From Bacteriovoracaceae bacterium (GTDB lineage Bacteria > Bdellovibrionota > Bacteriovoracia > Bacteriovoracales > Bacteriovoracaceae), in contig JAVHRK010000153.1 in NCBI GenBank assembly GCA_036171615.1, forward strand, positions 8,758-72,757: 64,000 nt of DNA, read 5' to 3'. The translations under genes and the position numbers were made by a program. Shown here one piece after another: positions 20,749 to 30,342 of this stretch. The first letter of the stretch is position 1. Every line of letters starts with the position of its first letter. Below the pieces are notes generated by a model. It made no database searches. It was not told the origin of the DNA and was given only the letters and a program-made list of their open reading frames with translations.

Positions 20749-21809
20749 AATTTTTTATACCATAAAAGCTTGTGTTGAATAAAAATTTCTGGAAAAAACA
20801 TCGTTGCATAATCTTCAAGTAACAAATCAGGCCTGGACATCCCCATTTCCCAATAATCATTTGCCCCATCAGCACTAATTCTATTTTGGTTATTATAAAT
20901 ATTACTTGTTTTAATATTTTTATAGCGCGAGTCAGATTTTATAAATGATAAATTAGTCCAATTATTTTGAGTTAGCCAAATATCTGGCACAGATGCTATC
21001 AAATAAAGATCTTCAAGACTTCGACGTTGTGTTGATGAACTCTTACTTGAAAGTAAAAGCTCACCTCCGGCATCATTGATTAATTTAGCGAGGTCACTTT
21101 CACCTCCACATGTCACCCACTTCCCATTCTGAATATCACCGATTAAAACTTTTCTTCTTTTTTTTATTGTTTCAAGTTTGTTTTTTATAAGATTATATCT
21201 TAATAAAATATCGTTAAAGATTTTTATGGCCAGCTCTTCCTTATTATAAAAACTCGCAATATAGACAAGCCATTCTGCACGTGCCAAAGAGCTTTTCTCA
21301 AGAAAATCATCGTTTAAAACGATTGGTATTTTTAGTTTTCTAAACTTAGAGATTAATTCATTTGACTGGGAGTTTAACTCATAAGTCATCACGAGATCTG
21401 GTTTGATTTTTAGTAACTCCTCAGCAACTAGTGGATGAGAAATATTGGTGATTTTATTTTTAATAAAATGATTGGAATAAATATATTTTTTGCCCTGAAA
21501 ACCCAAAAGGCTATCTTCCAAGGAAAGTAACTCTAGGGCCGGCAATTGTGTAGTTGATGTCAAAACTATTTTTCTTACTGGTGTTTCTATTTGAAATAAC
21601 TTAGATTCACAGGACAATTCAGTATTTTTTGATTTTAAAATTATTTGATCTAGTCCACGATGGAGGATCCTATACCCCTTGTAATAATCAATTGAAAATG
21701 ATTTTGATACCATTGGACTATAAGTATGTTCTGGCTTGATCGATTGGCAATCACTGGCTAAAAGGAGAGAGGAATATAAAAAAATAAATGGATAATACCA
21801 ATTCTGCAT
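20745..21809 (-). CDS. Cobalamin/iron-complex periplasmic binding protein (BtuF-like)
   Basis: Signal peptide, RKIVLTSTT, EELLKIKPDLV, LARAEW and RPDLLLED motifs; operon with permease and ATPase. Confidence 0.8.
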   Translation of the reverse strand: MQNWYYPFIFLYSSLLLASDCQSIKPEHTYSPMVSKSFSIDYYKGYRILHRGLDQIILKSKNTELSCESKLFQIETPVRKIVLTSTTQLPALELLSLEDSLLGFQGKKYIYSNHFIKNKITNISHPLVAEELLKIKPDLVMTYELNSQSNELISKFRKLKIPIVLNDDFLEKSSLARAEWLVYIASFYNKEELAIKIFNDILLRYNLIKNKLETIKKRRKVLIGDIQNGKWVTCGGESDLAKLINDAGGELLLSSKSSSTQRRSLEDLYLIASVPDIWLTQNNWTNLSFIKSDSRYKNIKTSNIYNNQNRISADGANDYWEMGMSRPDLLLEDYATMFFPEIFIQHKLLWYKKL

Positions 21810-21874
21810 AATCTTATTCTAAAGGTCTGAATTTTTCTTGTAAAGGATTAGCTTGTGACTTACTCTAGCAGGCT

Positions 21875-23578
21875 ATGGCCCTATTTTTACTATTTCTTTT
21901 TTCTCGACTTTTACTTGCAGATGATACCGTCGTAATTACTGCAGACCGTATTAAAACAGATCTTCATAAATCGACAAGCAATATCATCTTGCTAGATAAC
22001 AAAACGATCTCTGAGGCCAATGCTCAAACTCTACCGGAGCTCTTAAGAGATAACAGCGATATTCATATAGCTAATGGTAGTATTTTTTTAAGAGGCACTG
22101 ACTCTTCTCACGTCTTAATCATTTTAGATGGAGTGCCACTTAATGATCCTAGCAATCCAAATAGGTCTTTCGATATAAGTAGACTCTCCTTAAATAATAT
22201 TAAAAATGTTCAAATTTTAAAAGGGGCCCAAGGACTACTATATGGTGCTAATGCTATTGGAGGTGTAATCCTTTTGACTAGTCATACACAAGCTACCACG
22301 CATACAACAGGATCAAGCTTTCTCTCATATGGAACATATCAAACTATTAATTTTGGCGTTAATGCCCAAAAGAAAATTGATATTCACCAGCTTTCAATTG
22401 GTGCTGAATATTTTGGCACAAAAGGATTTTCTGCTGCTAATTCTCTTCAAAATTTAAATGCAGATGCTGACGGTGAAAAACGCTCAACTCTCAATTTACA
22501 CTTAATTTCTGATTTCAACTCACATCAGTCGACAGAGCTGAGTTTAAGATATAATCACTCTCTCCTCGATTTAGATAATTGTGGCGGGCCTGGTTGTGAT
22601 GACTTAATTAATCAACTTACAAATGAAGAATTATTTTCACATATTCAATTTAATCAAATTTGGGATAATGAATTAAACGAAACCCATTTTTATTTCAATC
22701 GTGGTAAATATTCGCACCTAAATCACTCATCAACTTCAAACAGCTTAAACAAGGGGGAAATTAATAGTTTTGGCATTAATCACTCAAATTTTTTTACTGA
22801 TAATTTTACTCAAAATATCAATTTCGAATTTGCTAAAGAAACTAATCAGCTTCAACAATCAAATGAAAACACCAGTCTTTTTGTCTATCATAAATATGAT
22901 AAAGGTAATTGGATTAGTAATTTTGGTACAAGAGTTGATCATAACAAAATTTTTGGTGACCACTTTACGTATAAAGCCGCTGTTGCCAATCAATTATCAC
23001 CTGCTCAACTCCTTCGCTTAGCTTACTCTACAGGGTTTACTGCACCTGGACTGTATCAATATCTTGATCCTGTTTATGGCAATTCTTCGCTTCGTCCAGA
23101 GAAAAGTTATACACTAGATCTTGGACATGAATGGACGACTGGTTCAACCCAATTACATACAACTTTTTTTATGACAAAGATTTATGATCGATTTACCTAT
23201 ATAGCAGTATTGAAAAAAACAATTAATACAGGTGTTTCATACATTAATGGGCTAGAAGAATCATTCAACACTAATTTTTCTAAAACTAGTATGACATTGC
23301 TAACATTTAAACTTTTAAGACGGCCACAGACTTTACTAAAAAATACATTTTTTTATCATGAATTAAGTTTTGAAAGTGAATATATTGGAAATCGATTAGA
23401 CTATAATGAATTAGGCAATATAGTGAATACCCCGGCCTATTTTATTTCCCATCTTAATTATTCATATAACGACTATTTTCTAAAAATAAAAAATATTTTC
23501 AATACAGAATATGAAGAAGTTTATGGCTATGGAACCGGAGGAAGAATCATAACAGTTGGAATTAAAAAATCATTTTAA
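21875..23578 (+). CDS. TonB-dependent outer-membrane receptor, BtuB-like
   Basis: TonB box TVVITADR, plug LRG...VLIILDGVP and LYGANAIGGVI, C-terminal NIFNTEYEEVYGYGTGGR...F; divergent from the ABC importer and near metH. Confidence 0.8.
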   Translation: MALFLLFLFSRLLLADDTVVITADRIKTDLHKSTSNIILLDNKTISEANAQTLPELLRDNSDIHIANGSIFLRGTDSSHVLIILDGVPLNDPSNPNRSFDISRLSLNNIKNVQILKGAQGLLYGANAIGGVILLTSHTQATTHTTGSSFLSYGTYQTINFGVNAQKKIDIHQLSIGAEYFGTKGFSAANSLQNLNADADGEKRSTLNLHLISDFNSHQSTELSLRYNHSLLDLDNCGGPGCDDLINQLTNEELFSHIQFNQIWDNELNETHFYFNRGKYSHLNHSSTSNSLNKGEINSFGINHSNFFTDNFTQNINFEFAKETNQLQQSNENTSLFVYHKYDKGNWISNFGTRVDHNKIFGDHFTYKAAVANQLSPAQLLRLAYSTGFTAPGLYQYLDPVYGNSSLRPEKSYTLDLGHEWTTGSTQLHTTFFMTKIYDRFTYIAVLKKTINTGVSYINGLEESFNTNFSKTSMTLLTFKLLRRPQTLLKNTFFYHELSFESEYIGNRLDYNELGNIVNTPAYFISHLNYSYNDYFLKIKNIFNTEYEEVYGYGTGGRIITVGIKKSF

Positions 23579-23580
23579 TT

Positions 23581-24603
23581 TTATAAACTATTAGGATCCA
23601 TTGCGTCTCGTACACCTTGTCCAACTAAGTTCAAAAGAGTGAGTACTGTAAACAATGCCAATGAAGGATAAACTGCAAGCCACCAAGCAATGGAATAGTT
23701 CTTCTGTGCTTGTGCTAACAACTCCCCCCAGCTTGGAGTAGGTACTTGTAATCCAAACCCTAAATAATCAAGGCCTGCAAGGCCCACTATTTCAGCAGCG
23801 ATGGTAAAAGGAGCAAAGGTAATTATTGGCGTTAATGAATTAGGAAGAATATGTTTAAAAATAATTTTTAAATTAGAAGCGCCTAATGATCTCGCAGCTT
23901 CAACATATTCTTTATTTCTATTTTTTAAAAACTCTCCCCTGACATAATAAGAAATATTGATCCATGCAAAGATACATGTAATCATAATCAACATATAAAG
24001 CGATGGAGAAAAGATAGATATTAATATAATAAGTAGAAAAAACTGGGGAACAGTACTTAAAACCTCAACAATTCGTTGTCCAATAAAATCAACTTTCCCG
24101 CCAAAAAACCCCATGGTTCCACCCAAGATAGTACCAATAGACAAACTGATAAACCACACGGCCACAGCATAGGTAATGCTGTATTTAAATCCATAGAGGA
24201 GACGTGTGAATACATCACGACCGCGGTCATCTGTTCCGAACAAATTAGAAGGAGTTGGTCTTGAGGGGTAACTATCGACCTTAGGATTACTTTCATAAGG
24301 ATCCCATTGAATAATCGGCCATATCGCAAAATCATTTTCAGATAATTTTAATTCTTTATAATCAACACTTATTCGGTCCTTAATTCCAAAAGCTCCAGCT
24401 GTGTAACTTTTTACAATTGGAAAATAATACTGCTGATTATATTTTAAAATGATTGGTCGTGAATTCGCTATAAATGTGGAAGAAAAAGTAAGTGCAATAA
24501 AAAACAACAAAACTATAGATGAAGCTACTGCAGTTTTTCTCTGTTTAAAGATTCGCCATCTTTTTCTACTAAGTTCATTTTTAATTAAATATTTTTCAAT
24601 CAT
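23581..24603 (-). CDS. yejE: Peptide ABC transporter permease (YejE/OppC-like)
   Basis: FGTDDRGRDVFTRLLYG, EAA loop EYVEAARSLGA, LDYLGFGL and PSWGELL motifs. Confidence 0.8.
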   Translation of the reverse strand: MIEKYLIKNELSRKRWRIFKQRKTAVASSIVLLFFIALTFSSTFIANSRPIILKYNQQYYFPIVKSYTAGAFGIKDRISVDYKELKLSENDFAIWPIIQWDPYESNPKVDSYPSRPTPSNLFGTDDRGRDVFTRLLYGFKYSITYAVAVWFISLSIGTILGGTMGFFGGKVDFIGQRIVEVLSTVPQFFLLIILISIFSPSLYMLIMITCIFAWINISYYVRGEFLKNRNKEYVEAARSLGASNLKIIFKHILPNSLTPIITFAPFTIAAEIVGLAGLDYLGFGLQVPTPSWGELLAQAQKNYSIAWWLAVYPSLALFTVLTLLNLVGQGVRDAMDPNSL

Positions 24604-25631
24604 TCAAAATCAATCCTTGGATCTACTGCTACATAGGCCAAATCGCTCAGTAAGTTTCCAAAGAGCAACAGAACACTTTGAATAAATATTAGCCCCATAA
24701 TTACATTATAATCTCTTTGTAATATTGATTTATATCCGAGAAGACCCATTCCATCTAATTGAAAAATAGTTTCAAGCAGAAGCGCCCCTGTAAAAAACAC
24801 GGAAATAAACCCACCAATCCCTGTTACAATTGGAATTAATGCATTTCGAAGTGCATGCTTTAAGTAAATCATTTTTTCAGGAACACCTTTGGCTCTTGCA
24901 GTTCTGATATAATCCTTTTTGACTTCATCTAAAAGGGAATTTTTCATCAGCATTGTTAAAACTGTAAACGACCCAATCATATAGCATATGAGTGGCAAAA
25001 TAAAATGATGAACTCTATCTAGAATTTTACCTACTAAAGTTAGTGAATAATAATTATCTGAATAAATTTCCCCAATCGGAAACCAATTGTAGAAGCTTCC
25101 ACCTGCAAAATAGACGATCAAGAGAATGGCCAACATAAATCCGGGAATAGAGTAAAGTGCAATTAAGATAAAACTTGTAACAAAATCAAAAGAGGAACCA
25201 TTCTTTACGGCCTTGGCAACACCTAGAATAATAGAAACTAAATAAGAAATTAGAAGTGAAATTACACCAAATTGTAAGGAAACAGGAAACTTGCTCGCAA
25301 TGACATCAAGAACAGGTTCTTCGTAAGTAAAACTTTCTCCAAAATCTAGATGCGATAAGTTTTTAAGCCAAATCCAGTAACGTACGTGAATAGGCTTATC
25401 AAATCCATACTGCACTCTTAGTGCTTGAAGTACTTCTTCAGACACTCCACTACTTTTATCACTTCCAGATCGACTACTACCTTCATGTCCCATACCTCCA
25501 AATTTCATTTGTTGGATTTTTTGTTCAATGGGACTTCCTGGGGCCAAATTAATAATTGCAAAAGTTACGAGAGTTACCCCTAGTAAAGTTGGAATCATTA
25601 TCAATAGTCTTCTTAGTATATATTTAAACAC
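24600..25631 (-). CDS. yejB: Peptide ABC transporter permease (YejB/OppB-like)
   Basis: YILRRLLIMIPTL, YGFDKP, DFGESF and DYIRTARAKG; GTG start overlaps the upstream TAG. Confidence 0.82.
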   Translation of the reverse strand: MFKYILRRLLIMIPTLLGVTLVTFAIINLAPGSPIEQKIQQMKFGGMGHEGSSRSGSDKSSGVSEEVLQALRVQYGFDKPIHVRYWIWLKNLSHLDFGESFTYEEPVLDVIASKFPVSLQFGVISLLISYLVSIILGVAKAVKNGSSFDFVTSFILIALYSIPGFMLAILLIVYFAGGSFYNWFPIGEIYSDNYYSLTLVGKILDRVHHFILPLICYMIGSFTVLTMLMKNSLLDEVKKDYIRTARAKGVPEKMIYLKHALRNALIPIVTGIGGFISVFFTGALLLETIFQLDGMGLLGYKSILQRDYNVIMGLIFIQSVLLLFGNLLSDLAYVAVDPRIDFE

Positions 25632-27265
25632 TACTTGGCCATCCACCAGTAATCAGTACCCGTATCATATTTGTAAGCGTCTTTTTCTTTTCCCATTCTT
25701 TTTGAATGCGCATAATAGAAATACTTAGCATTAAAAAGAAAGATATATGGAACATCAGTTGCAATCATTTTATAAACTTGACGTAATTTTTGAATACGAA
25801 TTTTTTCATCCATAATAACTCGGGCTTCATCTATCAGTTTGTCAACTGTAGGATTTTTATAACTTATAAAATTAGACCCGCCACCAGCAATTGAATCAGA
25901 ATGCCAGATTTGTTTTGGGTCCCATTCTAAATCCCCACCAGACCAAGACAATCTCACGGCTTCAAATTTTCTTTCATCAAGAAGTTTAATAAACGCATTC
26001 CATTCAACAACCTTTACGTTTACATCTACACCGGCCTGTTTAGCATTTTCTTTAAAAATTGTAAGATATTTTACAAATTCTGCACTTGGTTCAATGATTG
26101 TAAAACTTAAACTTAGTTTTTTTCCATTTACCATTTTTGAGAGGAATGTATCTCCTGGAGCTAATTTCCAACCATCTTCTCTTAAGAGTTTAAGTGCTAG
26201 CTTAGGGTCGTATTCGATTGGCTTAACAGATGGATCTGCATACTCACTCTGTTGATAAATTGGTCCAGTAGCAGGTAACGAGAGATCAAATAAAAACTTC
26301 TTAATCATCGTGCGACGATCAAAAAGATGTACCATTGCAGTTCTTGTTTTTACAGATGAAAAAAGTGGACTGGTTAAGTTAAAACCAATAAATGCATATC
26401 CTCGTGCTTTTTTATTTTGGGTTTTAACTTTAAAAACTTCTTTTCCCCATCTTGGACCTGAAGTTTTTTGCATATATTCTTCTGCTCCCAAATCAATAAA
26501 ATCCAAATCACCTTTTTCAATCATGGGAATCGACACAGCATTTTCTTTTACAAATCGCATAGTCATTGTTTCAAAATTATAAATTCCTTTTTTTGCAGGA
26601 TCAGCTTTACCCCACCACTTAGGATTAATTTTTAGTATAATATTTTTAGCTCGATCAAAACTTTCTAAAATATATGGCCCTGTTCCAATTAATGTTTTAT
26701 TAAGAACTTTTTCTTGCTCTTTTGAAGGATCTTTATATAAATGCATTGGAACAACCGGCATCGTCGCTGCAACACTAAAGTTATCAAAATACAGTTTTCC
26801 AACAGTAAATTTCAATTTATTAGGAGCTAGAATTTCCACCGATTTAATATTTTCATAGTACGGTTTTTTAGTAGCAGTTTTATATTTATTTGAGGGATCT
26901 ATTAAGGCATCAAAACTAAATTTTACATCTTCAGCTGTTAGTGGTTTTCCGTCCTGCCATTTTACTCCATCTCGAAGAGTAAATTCAAAACTTAATCCAT
27001 CCTTTGCAATTTTCCATTCTTTTGCAAGTGCTGGTTCCCATTCACGTGTTTCAATATTACGAGTAAGTAATGATTCTAAAATCATACTTTGAACTTGAGT
27101 TGCATAATAATCAGTTGAAGAAAGCGCGTTAAGAGTAGTAGGAGCTTCGCTGATATTTATTTTAAAATTACCAGTCTGTGGAGCATTGGGATTTCCAACA
27201 GCAGTGGCACTAGAAAAATTACAGTAAAATAAACTCGATAATAGTAAAGCATAAACTTTCAACAT
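25631..27265 (-). CDS. Peptide ABC transporter substrate-binding protein (family 5, OppA/YejA-like)
   Basis: PTTLNAL, LAKEW, LRDGVKWQDGKPLTAEDVKFSF and GTGPY motifs. Confidence 0.88.
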   Translation of the reverse strand: MLKVYALLLSSLFYCNFSSATAVGNPNAPQTGNFKINISEAPTTLNALSSTDYYATQVQSMILESLLTRNIETREWEPALAKEWKIAKDGLSFEFTLRDGVKWQDGKPLTAEDVKFSFDALIDPSNKYKTATKKPYYENIKSVEILAPNKLKFTVGKLYFDNFSVAATMPVVPMHLYKDPSKEQEKVLNKTLIGTGPYILESFDRAKNIILKINPKWWGKADPAKKGIYNFETMTMRFVKENAVSIPMIEKGDLDFIDLGAEEYMQKTSGPRWGKEVFKVKTQNKKARGYAFIGFNLTSPLFSSVKTRTAMVHLFDRRTMIKKFLFDLSLPATGPIYQQSEYADPSVKPIEYDPKLALKLLREDGWKLAPGDTFLSKMVNGKKLSLSFTIIEPSAEFVKYLTIFKENAKQAGVDVNVKVVEWNAFIKLLDERKFEAVRLSWSGGDLEWDPKQIWHSDSIAGGGSNFISYKNPTVDKLIDEARVIMDEKIRIQKLRQVYKMIATDVPYIFLFNAKYFYYAHSKRMGKEKDAYKYDTGTDYWWMAK

Positions 27266-27322
27266 TATTTTCCACCTTTTTTAAGAATAAAATAGTTTAG
27301 ATTAGTTAGAAAGGGAGTTCAA

Positions 27323-28000
27323 TTATTTTTTAAAGTAGAGCTTAGAATCTAGTGACCAGCGATCAGTTGTAAGATTTTCGTCCTTAACTTTATAAAGCTC
27401 CATCTTTTGGTCTATTTCATCACGGCGCCTTGTTAAATCTAGCATTGAATGGGTAGACGCTAACTTATCAGATTCTAACGCTTGAAGTTCTTTTTTCCAT
27501 TCTTCCTCTAATTTGGCCCTTAGAACTTGATAACGATCATTAAGTGTGTTCACTCTTTCAATATTAGCAGAAATCTCTTTGTTCTTATTGTCAATTTGGC
27601 CCTGTACGGCCAATCGTTTCTTAATCAAAATTCCAACAACTTCTTTTCCCATAACGATATTATTAACTAAGTCTTCACTATAAAATCGAAAATAAGCTCC
27701 TGTCGTAAAATACAAAAACTTTTCACAATATTTTATTTGATTGACCTTTACTAATACGTAACTAGCGCTACGTCCCAAAATATAGCCATTACATTTCTGA
27801 TTTATATTTTTTTCATCCCAAAATTGTATTTGGTCTTTGGGATTTAGATATTTGATGTTATCGAAATCAACTTTTACCCGAACTGTGGAAATCTGGTAAT
27901 TGATGTGAGAAAGCCTTCCTGAAAAGAATCCATCTTCGCTTAACTCAGCTTGTGCCAAATGCGAGTTTAATAAAAAAATGAATAGAAAATATAATTTCAT
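27323..28000 (-). CDS. Exported hypothetical protein (beta-rich N-terminus, coiled-coil C-terminus)
   Basis: Signal peptide ending AQA; heptad-like C-terminal half. Confidence 0.65.
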   Translation of the reverse strand: MKLYFLFIFLLNSHLAQAELSEDGFFSGRLSHINYQISTVRVKVDFDNIKYLNPKDQIQFWDEKNINQKCNGYILGRSASYVLVKVNQIKYCEKFLYFTTGAYFRFYSEDLVNNIVMGKEVVGILIKKRLAVQGQIDNKNKEISANIERVNTLNDRYQVLRAKLEEEWKKELQALESDKLASTHSMLDLTRRRDEIDQKMELYKVKDENLTTDRWSLDSKLYFKK

Positions 28001-28059
28001 TATTTTATTATCGCAAAATTTGCTAAGTAGTAAATAAGGGCAGAGGATTCCCGAGCTTT

Positions 28060-28548
28060 TTACTTGGTTTTAAGCAAGTAAAAATTGATATTCTTTTCTG
28101 TTCGATAAGTAATAATTTCAAAATCTTTTATTGAGTTTAGCATTTTATCTAATGGTCTAGTATCAAATAAGGCCACCATTTTTTTGCCTCGTAAATATTT
28201 CAAAACACTTTTGTCTTTCTGGAGATTGGCGGTGATTAAAAGATCAAAACCTAAATCCATGTTTTGTGCCTCTTTAATATTTTTGGCCCTAATACCTACT
28301 TCCATAGAGGCAAGATTGGTATAGAGTATTTCTCCAGATTCATTGATGAAAAACTTTTCAACCTCATTCCAGATTTGTTTATTTGAATCACGATCAAAAT
28401 TTCCCACATCTAGACTTTTCCCACTACGGGATATTTTTATACCTGACAATGCTTCATATCTTCCGGCCGGAATGGCCTTTCTTGTTTGTGAAGAAAGTGC
28501 AAATGGAATTGCAAGTATCAAAAGAAAAATTAATATATTAGTTTTCAT
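28060..28548 (-). CDS. Exported hypothetical protein
   Basis: Signal peptide; overlaps the upstream gene by 11 nt. Confidence 0.6.
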   Translation of the reverse strand: MKTNILIFLLILAIPFALSSQTRKAIPAGRYEALSGIKISRSGKSLDVGNFDRDSNKQIWNEVEKFFINESGEILYTNLASMEVGIRAKNIKEAQNMDLGFDLLITANLQKDKSVLKYLRGKKMVALFDTRPLDKMLNSIKDFEIITYRTEKNINFYLLKTK

Positions 28549-28981
28549 CAGGAATTACATCGCTCACTTCTTCAGATATTTCGTGTTTTATTTCTTCATT
28601 TCTTATACCAAGATCTACATCGATGTATAAATTCAGAGTTTCATAAAAAACTTTTAGTTCACGAATATAGGAATAGATTCTGTCTTCAACCTTGCTAGGC
28701 ATATCTTGAGTATGATTTACGTACCATCTCATTTCATCAATCTTGGAATAAAATTGATCTAAGCCAATGATTACTTCTGGTCCGCAAATCATCAATTCAC
28801 GCAATTGCGTTTCATCATATCTGTTTTTAAAAATTGCAGGAAAATGATCCCTCGTTCTTTTTAATGAAAACTCCGCCACATATTCCGGAGCTCGATATTT
28901 AACTCTCTCAAATAAACGTTGAGCATCTAGCTTTAAAAGCATTAAAATTCGTTCTGATTGTTCATTAGTTTTTACTTTCAT
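28538..28981 (-). CDS. Hypothetical helical cytoplasmic protein
   Basis: 147-aa ORF tightly packed between same-strand neighbours. Confidence 0.6.
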   Translation of the reverse strand: MKVKTNEQSERILMLLKLDAQRLFERVKYRAPEYVAEFSLKRTRDHFPAIFKNRYDETQLRELMICGPEVIIGLDQFYSKIDEMRWYVNHTQDMPSKVEDRIYSYIRELKVFYETLNLYIDVDLGIRNEEIKHEISEEVSDVIPDEN

Positions 28982-28984
28982 ATC

Positions 28985-29452
28985 TTATGATTTAATCTCT
29001 GCTGTTTCTGGAATTTTTGATCTTTTTCCGCCTGGCCATTCTTCAATTTCATTTTTTGTTTTAAAATAATCGATTGCTATACTCATTACAACTTGCTTGA
29101 GATCTATTGGCAATGGGAAATAAAAGTAGGATTTTTTACTTTGGTATTTTGAAGCATTTTCTATTTCTGAAAATGAACTTAAGTCATAGACGGCAACATG
29201 GCCTCTGGACATTGAAAAATCTAAATATGATTTTTTTATTTCTAAAAAATTCTGAGCAGATAATAGATTATCTCTGAAAATTATAATTTGGTGTCTTTTG
29301 TGTCTATCAATATTTTTTAATTCTGCAACTGTCACCGGGAGCAAAACAATATTCAGCTGGCTAAATTGTTCGGCCATCTGAAAAAAAACACCACCAAGCT
29401 GCTCGGTAGATTTTAAATAAAAAATATAATTAATAATTGATTTCTCACCCAT
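28985..29452 (-). CDS. Hypothetical protein, possible atypical receiver-fold domain
   Basis: Alternating (beta/alpha)5 pattern ending FPLPIDLKQVV, without the canonical acidic pocket or Lys. Confidence 0.5.
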   Translation of the reverse strand: MGEKSIINYIFYLKSTEQLGGVFFQMAEQFSQLNIVLLPVTVAELKNIDRHKRHQIIIFRDNLLSAQNFLEIKKSYLDFSMSRGHVAVYDLSSFSEIENASKYQSKKSYFYFPLPIDLKQVVMSIAIDYFKTKNEIEEWPGGKRSKIPETAEIKS

Positions 29453-29493
29453 GTCTTCTTATCGACATAATGTGAATAAAAATGAATAAATTA

Positions 29494-30279
29494 TTACTTG
29501 ACTAAAACCTTTATCTTTTTAGTTCTTGGTCGTAATACATAAGCTATTAATAGGCCTAAAAATCCTGTGCCAAGAAAATTACCCGGTGAGGAATTTATTT
29601 CTTGAATAGTACCGCAACCTGAAAAAAGTTTATTACTTGATGAGGAGTTTGTTGTTGAATATGGCGAAATATATCCTCCTCCTTGTCTTTCAAGTGTGGA
29701 ATCAACAAGGGCATTCATTCCTGCAATATCATCTGGCTGCAAAGTGCTTATAGACCCAAGATTAGCTTCCATAATGGCCTGTTGATCAGAATGATCTAGG
29801 CCAATGGTGTGGCCAATTTCGTGTAAGAGAGTAATTTTTAAAGTATTACCCCAATTTTGTCTTAAGTAACTTAGACTTCCATTTAAAATAATTACAGTAT
29901 GTTCAAAAAATGTTCCTTGATTATAACGAATTGTTACCGCCAAAGTTCTGCTAGGATCAAAGCCTGTATCATTTCCAAAATTGTCAGACCAGCGAATATA
30001 GTTACCATTATAATTACTACTTTCTTCCACTGGAAGTATGTCCCATAGATTTTTTCCTGTAGCAGCTTCCCACTCATTAAACGCTTCAGTAGAAAGCGCT
30101 TCTAAAAGTGCACCATCAGTTGGATTGGTTACAAATTTTCTCATTTGTATGGGAAATGCTTTCCAGTAAAAACCTCTATTGAAGTCTTGAGTAAAAGCAT
30201 AACCAAAAGAATTTGTAGAAAAGAAAATGGCCATAAGAGAGAGGGAGTAACTTATGGCCAATTTTTTTGTCAATTGCAA
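29494..30279 (-). CDS. Matrixin-family (M10, metzincin) zinc metalloprotease with C-terminal membrane anchor
   Basis: Signal peptide, HEIGHTIGLDH zinc motif, Met-turn AIMEA, DDIAG; tail of Ser-rich linker, GCGTI, hydrophobic helix and RPRTKK. TTG start 8 nt after AAGGA. Confidence 0.88.
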   Translation of the reverse strand: MQLTKKLAISYSLSLMAIFFSTNSFGYAFTQDFNRGFYWKAFPIQMRKFVTNPTDGALLEALSTEAFNEWEAATGKNLWDILPVEESSNYNGNYIRWSDNFGNDTGFDPSRTLAVTIRYNQGTFFEHTVIILNGSLSYLRQNWGNTLKITLLHEIGHTIGLDHSDQQAIMEANLGSISTLQPDDIAGMNALVDSTLERQGGGYISPYSTTNSSSSNKLFSGCGTIQEINSSPGNFLGTGFLGLLIAYVLRPRTKKIKVLVK

Positions 30280-30280
30280 C

Positions 30281-30336
30281 TTTTACATCCTTGTAAAAAA
30301 TTGTGACTATCTAGACCTTTCCATCCATGGAAGGGT
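30281..30336 (-). promoter_or_regulatory. Two CsrA/RsmA-type GGA hairpins in the matrixin leader
   Basis: mRNA hairpins CCUUCCAUGGAUGGAAAGG (30315-30336) and UUUUACA-AGGA-UGUAAAA (30281-30298) both contain CANGGANG; the second is the Shine-Dalgarno site. Confidence 0.65.
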
Positions 30337-30342
30337 TATGAA

